Of a DNA stretch of 64,000 bases, positions 54,701-63,700 are shown piece after piece. The stretch spans positions 1 to 64,000 of the forward strand of contig JBIIGV010000233.1 of assembly GCA_044236265.1 (NCBI GenBank). The letters are read 5' to 3'. Numbering within the stretch: the stretch's first letter is position 1; every line of letters starts with the position of its first letter. Under the pieces are notes generated by a model that saw only the letters and a program-made list of their open reading frames with translations, was not told where the DNA came from and searched no databases. This DNA is from Oligoflexales bacterium (lineage in GTDB: Bacteria > Bdellovibrionota_B > Oligoflexia > Oligoflexales > RGVZ01). The translations under genes were made by a program, and so were the position numbers.

Positions 54701-57700
54701 TCAAGTTTGAATCCTCGCTTCTTTGGCTCTGTATCAGAAGCCTCAGTGGTAACCCTTTACTATGACGTAAGCTGTACGACGGCCAAGTCCTCGGCGACAG
54801 CGAATACGGTATTTGCGAGCCCAGGCATTCTTGTAACCGGTGCGGTGAATGCGAACACGACGACCACAGTGTTTGCAAAGGCGGTCGATACTGCAGGAAA
54901 CGCATCGGTTTGTACCAATATCGTAACGTATACTCATGACGGAATTGGGCCGACTGTCACTGATGTGACCACAGGCCTGGCGAACGGTAGTTATAAAGCT
55001 GGTCAGGCTGTGCCGATCAGTGTCACCTTCTCCGAGGTGGTGACTGTAACCGGTACACCAAATCTAACCCTTGAAACTGGTGCAACAGATGCTGTTCTTG
55101 CTTACAGCAGTGGATCTGGCTCGAATACAATCACATTCAACTACACAGTATTCGCTGGTGATACATCTGCTGACCTGGACTACGTCGCAACAACCTCGCT
55201 TGTGGCCAATGGCGGAACGATCAAAGACGCGGTAGGTAATGACGCGACTTTGACCTTACCGGCTCCGGGTGCAGCAGGTAGCCTCGGTGGAAATAAAGGG
55301 GTCATTATCGATACGACAGCGCCGTCCGTATCGTATACATCCATCTCACCAGTATCCCCTGGAGCGACCCGCACACCTCAGGTCACGATTAGTCTTTCTG
55401 AGGCGGCATCTTCTGTTGAATTGTTCTCAGATGCAGGCTGCTCTGCCTCAGTTTCGGCTGCAGCAGCTGCGGCGGCGGGAAGCAATACAATTACGACAAC
55501 GAACTTGACTGCAAACGGTAGCACATCGCTTTTCGCGAAGATGACTGACATTGCGGGTAATGCTTCAAGCTGTTCGTTAATGACCAGTTATACCCACGAC
55601 GGTAATGATCCGACGGTTACGGTTGTCAGCTCGACTAAGGCTGATGGAACTTACGGAACAGGAACCTTGATCCCAATCACCGTGACATTCTCAGAGAATG
55701 TTTATGTGACAGGCACTCCACGTATCACCCTTGAGACGGGTGCTACGGACGCTCTTGTTGACTACACCTCAGGATCTGGCACAACCACCTTGACCTTCAA
55801 CTACACTGTGGGAGCGGGCGAGGCGAGTGCTGACCTTGACTACGAATCGACCGGAGCGCTAGTCCTCAATAGCGGTACGATCAAAGATCTCTCTGGCAAC
55901 AACGCGAACTTGGCACTTCCTGCTCTAGCAAGTGCAAGTAGCCTTGCCGGTCAGAAGGCGATTGTCCTCGACCAAACAGCACCAACGATTACCTTTACGT
56001 CGATTAACCCAGTCAGCCCCGGCATGAGCCAGACTCCGACCTTGACCCTAAGCTTGTCTGAGGCAGCAACGGTCACTCTATATACAGATAGCGGCTGTTC
56101 GGCTGCGGTATCGTCAGCGACCTCGCTGGCTTCTGGTGCAGGTCAGACAATCGCGACAAATAGCCTCAATGCTAACGTTTCGACCTCTCTGTGGGCGAAG
56201 GGTGTAGACCTTGTTGGTAACGTGGGAAGCTGCTCTAGCATGGTCACCTATATCCATGACAGTGCAGCACCGACGGTCAGCACATTTGCCCGCGCTGGTG
56301 GCTCGCCAACGAATTCGTTGCCAGTCAACTTCACACTGACCTTCAATGAACCAATCAATCCTGCCAGCCTGACCTCGGCTGACTTTACAAATGCTGGTAC
56401 GGCAACAGGAGTCGCTTGGTCTGTAACCAACTCTGGCGATAGCACAACCTTTACGGTAGCAGCGACGGTATCGGGTAACGGTACACTGCAGCCTCGCCTT
56501 GCTAGTGGTGGCATGACTGATGTGGCAGGCAATGCCAATGCTTCTGCAGTAACCGCCAGCAACAGTGTTTCCTACTCTGTGGCAGCGTTCTCGGTGGCAA
56601 TCAACCAGGCAGCTGGCCAGTCTGATCCAGTGAGAACCTTGCCGATTACATTTACGGCGGTCTTCTCTGATGCGGTGAACCCAACAACGTTTGATGCCAG
56701 TGATATCGTCCAAAACGGTACGGCGGGTGGTATCACCTGGAACTTGAGCTCGACGGATAATATCACGTGGACAATCACAGCGTCTGGTCTTGGTGCTTCT
56801 GGCAGTGTGATTCCATCGATTGCATCGAGTACGGTCAAAGATACATTTGGTAATGACAATGCGGCTTCGGCTTCAACTGATAACACGGTGTCCTATGACA
56901 TCACTGTGCCGACCTTCTCGTCGATTACAGTCAGTCCAGCAAATCCTGCAGCGACTTTAACCCCAACCGTTCTTGGTGTCGTGTCCAAGGCCTCGACTGT
57001 GACTCTATACTACGACTCAAGCTGTACGACGGCTAAGGCGACCCCAGCCGCTAACACCGTGTTTGCAACGCCAGGCATCACAGTCACCGGTAACGTTAAT
57101 CCAAATACGACGACCGTAATCTACGGTCAGGCTGTCGACGCTTTGGGTAACACATCACTGTGTACAAACCTTGTAACTTACACCCACGACGGAGCCGCAC
57201 CAACAGTCAGTGGCGTCAGTGCTAACTTGGCTAATGGTCCATATAAGGCTGGTCAGGTGGTTCCAGTTGAAGTGACCTTCAGTGAAAATGTCACAGTGAC
57301 CGGCGTACCACAGATCACTCTTGAAACGGGAGCAACCGATGCGGTGGTCACTTATACAAGTGGCTCAGGTACAAATAAACTGACCTTCAACTACACAGTC
57401 TTTGCTGGTGACACGTCAGCCGACCTTGATTACGTAGCGACGACGTCCCTAGCTCTTAACGGCGGCACGATTAAAGATAGCGTGGGTAACAACGCGACCT
57501 TGACCCTGCCAGCTCCGGGCGCAAGCGGTAGCCTTGGCGCGAGCAAAGATCTTGTGATCGACACGACATCTCCGACTTTGGCTTACACATCGATCACTCC
57601 AGTATCTCCTGGTACGACCCGTACGCCTCAGGTGGCCTTGACCATCTCTGAGGGCGTCACCAATATCCAGCTTTATTCGAATGCTCTTTGTAATGCAGCA

Positions 57701-60700
57701 GTATCTAGTGCTGCCGCAGGTACATCGGGTGCTAACACCATCACGACCAATAACCTGACGGCTGATAATTCGACGTTGATCTTTGCTCAGGCTACAGATG
57801 CAGCGGGTAACGCTTCGGCTTGTACATCGATGACAAGCTACACCCATGATGGCACGGCACCAACGATCACGGGCGTAAGCTCGACCTCGGCTAACGGCAC
57901 CTACCGCGTCGGTCAGACCATTCCAGTAACGGTAACCTTTGCAGAAAATGTCTACGTCACTGGAACTCCATCCTTACTCATGGAAACAGGCTCCACGGAT
58001 ACGGCTGCAAGCTATGTCTCTGGATCTGGTACAAGCACTCTGACCTTCAACTACGTGGTGGCGTTAACTGACCAGTCATCTGATCTTGATTATCAGAGTG
58101 CTGCAGCACTGACGGTCGCTGGCGCAACGATCCAAGATCTTGCTGGCAACAACGCGACCTTAACTTTGGCTGCACCAGGTGCAACCAATAGTCTTGCTGA
58201 TCAGAAGGCAATCGTCATCCAAACGACCAAGCCAACGATTGCTTACACATCAATTAGCCCAGCCTCACCAGGCACAAGCCGTACTCCAACGGTCTCGATG
58301 ACTCTGTCTGAGGCGGCAACGGTCACGCTGTACACCGACAACACATGCAATACAGCCAAGTCTGCAGCAACAGCATTGTCTGCGGGTGCTGGCCAGACGG
58401 TGACAAGCTACACACTGACAGCGAACGCTGCGACAGATCTCTACGCCCAGGCGGTGGGTGCATTCGGCAATACGTCACTTTGTACGATGCTCGTCTCCTA
58501 CACCCATGACAGCATTGCACCGACAGTGACGTCATTTGTCAGAGCAAGTGGTCAGGCAGCGTTTACCAACTCTGTTCCTGTGAACTTCACTATGACCTTC
58601 AGCGAAGCCATTGATCCGGCATTGTTCACCGCAAATGATATTAGTAACTCTGGTACTGCTAATGGTGTAACCTGGACGGTCACCAACTCTGGTAATAACA
58701 CGACCTTCACAATCGCAGCGACCAGCTCAGGCAATGGTACATTGATTCCTCGCCTTGGAGTGACAGGAATTGCTGACCCTGCAGGCAATACGAACGGCAG
58801 CCCTTACGATACAACGCAAAACGTCAGTTACACGGCAGCCACATTCACAGTCACAGTCAATCAGGCGTCTGGCCAGGCAGATCCAGTGAAGACGCTGCCT
58901 GCCCAATACACCGTCGTATTCTCAAGTGCAGTTGGCAACTCAAGCTTTGATGTCATTGACGTCAGCAATAGTGGTACCGCAACCGGTGTTGTCTGGGGAC
59001 TTGCGACGTCTGATAACATCACCTGGACACTGACGGCAACGTCTGCGTCTTCTGATGGAACGATCATCCCAGTTATTGCGCAGAACACGGTTCAAGATGA
59101 GTTCGGAAACCAAAACGGCGCTGCAACAGCCACCGATCGCTCGATTACATTTGACAGCGCTGCTCCGACATTCTCCGGACCATACACTGTCAGCCCAGCC
59201 AATCCTTCGAGCAGTCTAACTCCAACCATTCGTGGTGTAACGTCAGAGGCTTCGACGGTAACGATGTACTACGATTCAGGTTGTATTACGCCTAAGTCTG
59301 CTGGCACAGCAAACACAGCCTTTGTCACCCCAGGCATTACGGTTAACTCAAATGTTAATGCTAACGGTACAACGACGATCTACGCCAAAGCGCAGGACAC
59401 AGCCGGAAACGAGTCCAGCTGTACAACGATTGTGGCTACTTATACGCACGATAGCATGGGTCCATCTGTTACAAACGTGACCTCCAGCCAATCAAATGGA
59501 AGCTACAAGGTCACAGCGGCGCAGATTATTCCAATTAGCTTGACCTTCTCAGAGGCTGTCAACGTGACGGGTACGCCGACCTTGACCCTTGAGACTGGAG
59601 CAACGGACGCTATTGCAACTTATGCAAGTGGATCCGGAACATCCACTCTGGTCTTCAACTATACGGTCTTCGCAGGCGATACAAGTAGTGACCTCGACTA
59701 TGCTGGAACGGCGGCTCTGGCCCTCAGCGGTGGAACGATGACTGATGCTGTTGGTAATAATGCAACATTGACTCTTCCTGCTCCTGGTGCTGCTGGAAGT
59801 CTTGGTGCGAACAAGGCTCTGATTATCGATACGACCTTGCCGACCGTAGCGTTTACGTCGATTTCACCTGTATCTCCGGGCGCAAGCTTGTCACCACAAG
59901 TGACCATCAATAGCTCGGAAGCTGGCAGCATGGAGCTCTTCTCGACCAGCAACTGTAACTCGTCGATTTCGACTGCCATCACGGGCTCGGTTGGAGCCAA
60001 CACGATTGCCACGAATAGCCTTGCACCCAATGCTTCGACCTCTATCTTTGCAAAAGTCACTGATGCTGCTGGTAATGCATCGAGCTGTACATCGATGACC
60101 ACCTATCTCCACGACGGCGTCGATCCAACCGTTACTTCAGTTAGTTCGACTGCAGCAAACGGTAGTTATGGAACCGGTCAGACCATGGCTATCACGGTTT
60201 CATTCTCTGAGGTGGTTTACGTCACGGGTACACCAAATCTGACCCTTGAGACTGGTGCAACCGATGCTGTCATCAATTATGCTTCAGGATCTGGTACGAA
60301 TACGTTGACCTTCAACTACACAGTTGCTTCAACTCATAACTCTCTAGATCTTGATTATGAGTCCACCACGGCACTTCTACTGAATGGTGGAACGATTAAG
60401 GATGTGTCTCTCAATAACGCCGTATTAACCCTGCCAACAGTTGGCGGTGTTAACAGTATTGCAGGTCAGAAGGCGATCGTTATCGACAACGTGGTTCCGA
60501 CGATCACCTACACATCGATGACTCCAGCGTCTCCTGCGATGGGTCTAACACCAACCTTGACCATGTCCTTGTCTGAGGCGGCGACGGTCACTCTCCATAG
60601 CGACCACACATGTACGGCGCCAATTTCTGTAGATACAGCGCTGTCTTCTGGTGCTGGCCAGACGATTACGACTCAGGCGTTGACAGCAAATGCTACAACC

Positions 60701-63700
60701 TCGATTTACGCTAAGGCAATTGATGTTGTGAATAATCCGTCGGTCTGTACGTCGTTAACGACCTATACTAATGACAGCCTAGCACCGACAGTCGTCTCCT
60801 TTGCGCGTGCGGCTGGGCAGGGTAGCGTTACGAATTCCGTGCCGGTGAACTTTACCATCACCTTCTCCGAGGACATGAGCGCTGCAAGCTTTACGGGTGC
60901 TGATATTAGCAATACGGGAACGGCAACTGGTGTTACTTGGGCTGTCACTCAGGTTAGCAGCACAGTCTTCACGGTAGCTGCATCGAGTGCAAATAATGGT
61001 ACTCTCATTCCACGCCTGGCAAATGCAAGTGTCACTGATGTTGTCGGCAATGCGACAACTGCACAAGCTGATGCGACCAATAGTGTGAACTTGGTCAATG
61101 GTGGATTGACAGTGACCGTCAACCAAGCCTCGGGCCAGGCTGATCCAACCAATGGCAGCACAATCAACTACACGGTTGTCTTCTCGAGAGCAATCGACCC
61201 AACAACCTTCGCGTCAGACGACATATTCCAAAACGGCACGGCGACTGGTTTAACATGGACGATCACCACATCGGACAATATAACCTTCAATCTTGCTGCA
61301 AGCGGTATGAGTGCAACGAGTACGGTGATTCCATCGATTTCTTCGACTCGGGTCAAAGATACCTTTGGTAACGATAATGCTGCATCAACGTCGACCGATA
61401 ATACAGTCAACTACGATGTCACTGCCCCAACACTAACCTTTGCATCTATTTCACCTTCAAGTCCTGCATCCACATTAATGCCGATGGTTTCAGGTACAGC
61501 GTCGAAGCCATCGACGGTCACGCTCTATTATGATTCCGGTTGTTCGACGGCTAAGTCCTCTGCGGAGTCCAATACGGTATTTGCGTTGCCAGGTATTGCC
61601 CTGACAGCCAATGTCAGCAGTAATACAGCAACATCAATTTACGGTAAGGCTGTCGACGCATTGGGCAACGCATCAAGCTGTTCGGCATTGACGACCTACA
61701 CTCATGATGGAATCAGTCCAACAGTCACGAACGTCACAGCTGTCCACGCCGATGGCACATTCAAGGCTGGTGAGCTGATTCCAATCAAGGTTACCTTCTC
61801 TGAAGCGGTTACCGTTACTGGAACTCCGCGCTTAACCCTTGAAACAGGCTCTGTCGATGCAGTAGTGAATTATACGAGCGGTTCGGGTACGGCTGAGCTG
61901 ACCTTCAACTATACAGTCTTCGCTGGTGACACAACCTCAGACCTTGACTATATCAGCACGTCAGCTCTCGCGCTTAACGGTGGAACCATTGTTGATCATG
62001 TGGGCAATGCGGCTAGTGTGACGTTGCCAGCCGTCGGCGGTGTCGCAAGTATTGCTGGTCAGAAGTCCCTAGTTATAGACACGACGGCGCCGACGGTGGC
62101 GTTCACGTCCATCACGCCGGTTTCACCATCTAATAATCTAACACCAGCAGTCGCTCTAACATTGTCGGAGACAGCGTCAGATGTTCGTCTCTACAGTGAC
62201 TCTGGCTGTAGTAGTGCTCTCTCGAATGCAGCCAATGCAGCCGCCGGTCCATACACCATCACGACAACGACTTTGACGGCGAATCAAACCAACAATATTT
62301 ACGCTCGTACAACCGATGTGGCGGGTAACCAGTCTGCCTGTACTTTGATGACAAACTACGCACACGATGGCGTGGCGCCTACCGTGACGTCGGTAAGCGC
62401 ATCATCAGCGAACGGAACCTACCACGTTGGCCAAACCGTTGCGGTGACGGTCGCATTCAGCGAAGTCGTTACAGTCTCCGGAACGCCACAGTTAACACTT
62501 GAAACAGGTGCAAGCGATGCGGTGATCGATTACGTATCGGGATCAGGAAGCAATACGCTCACCTTCAATTACACAGTTGCACTCAGTCATGCGTCACCCG
62601 ACCTTGATTACACATCGACCGCGTCTTTGGCGGCTAACGGAGGATCTGTTCAGGATGGATCTGGAAACAATGCGACGTTGACGTTACCTGGTGTCGGTGG
62701 GCCGAACAGTATCGCGGGCCAAAAAGCGATTGTGATCCAAACGTCAAAACCAACGATCGCGTTCACATCTATTACGCCTAGCTCACCGGGAACCAGCCAG
62801 ACTCCGACTGTGACGATGTCGCTATCGGATGCATCAACGGTCACGCTTTACAGCGATGGTGGTTGCTCGACAGCGATTTCTGCTCCAACGGCGCTATCAG
62901 CTGGAGCAGGTCAATCGGTTATTACGCAGACATTGGCTGCAAATGGTCAAACTCAGATCCACGCTCAGGCAGTGGCAGCGTTCAGCAATACATCACTGTG
63001 TACGAGTTTGGTTAGCTACACCCATGACAACGTGGCTCCAAGTGTGACATCTTTTGCGCGCGCAGGTGGTCAGGTTGAGTTCACAAACTCTGTTCCTGCT
63101 AACTTCAGTATTACATTCAGCGAGGCGATCAATCCTGCGTCCCTTACTGCGGCTGATATCACAAACGCTGGTACTGCTGCGGGAGTTACCTGGACAGTCA
63201 CCAACTCCGGTAATAACACGACCTTCACAGTGGCGGCCTCGACTGCAGGTAACGGCACGATTCAGCCACGCCTCGCTATTGGGGCAGTGACCGATCCAGC
63301 GGGCAATGCAAGTGGTAGCCAGGTCGATGCGTCCAACAGCGTTAGCTACACTCAAGCAACATTCACCGTCACATTGAACCAGGCTTCTGGCCAGGCAGAT
63401 CCAGTTAAAACCTTGCCAGTGCTCTACACGGTTGTATTCTCTAGCCCTGTAGGTGCTTCGAGCTTTACGGATGCTGATATCCAAAATCAAGGTTCTGGTA
63501 CGACGGTCACCCAGTGGCAGCTTGAAACCGCCGATAATGTCACATGGACTTTGAAAGCGATGGCTGTCACCGGCAATGGAACGATCATGCCAGTGATCAC
63601 AGCAAATAGCGTTCAGGATGCCTTCGGAAACTTAAACGGTGCGTCGACCTCTACCGATCGCACTGTGACCTACGATACGACGGCGCCGACACTGACATAT

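Noticed and set aside
33780..63490. Dozens of 60-199 aa ORFs on the minus strand and in frame +3 within the giant gene
   Set aside because: These are shadow ORFs. They recur with the host repeat period and are antisense or off-frame readings of the biased codons of the frame +2 ORF.
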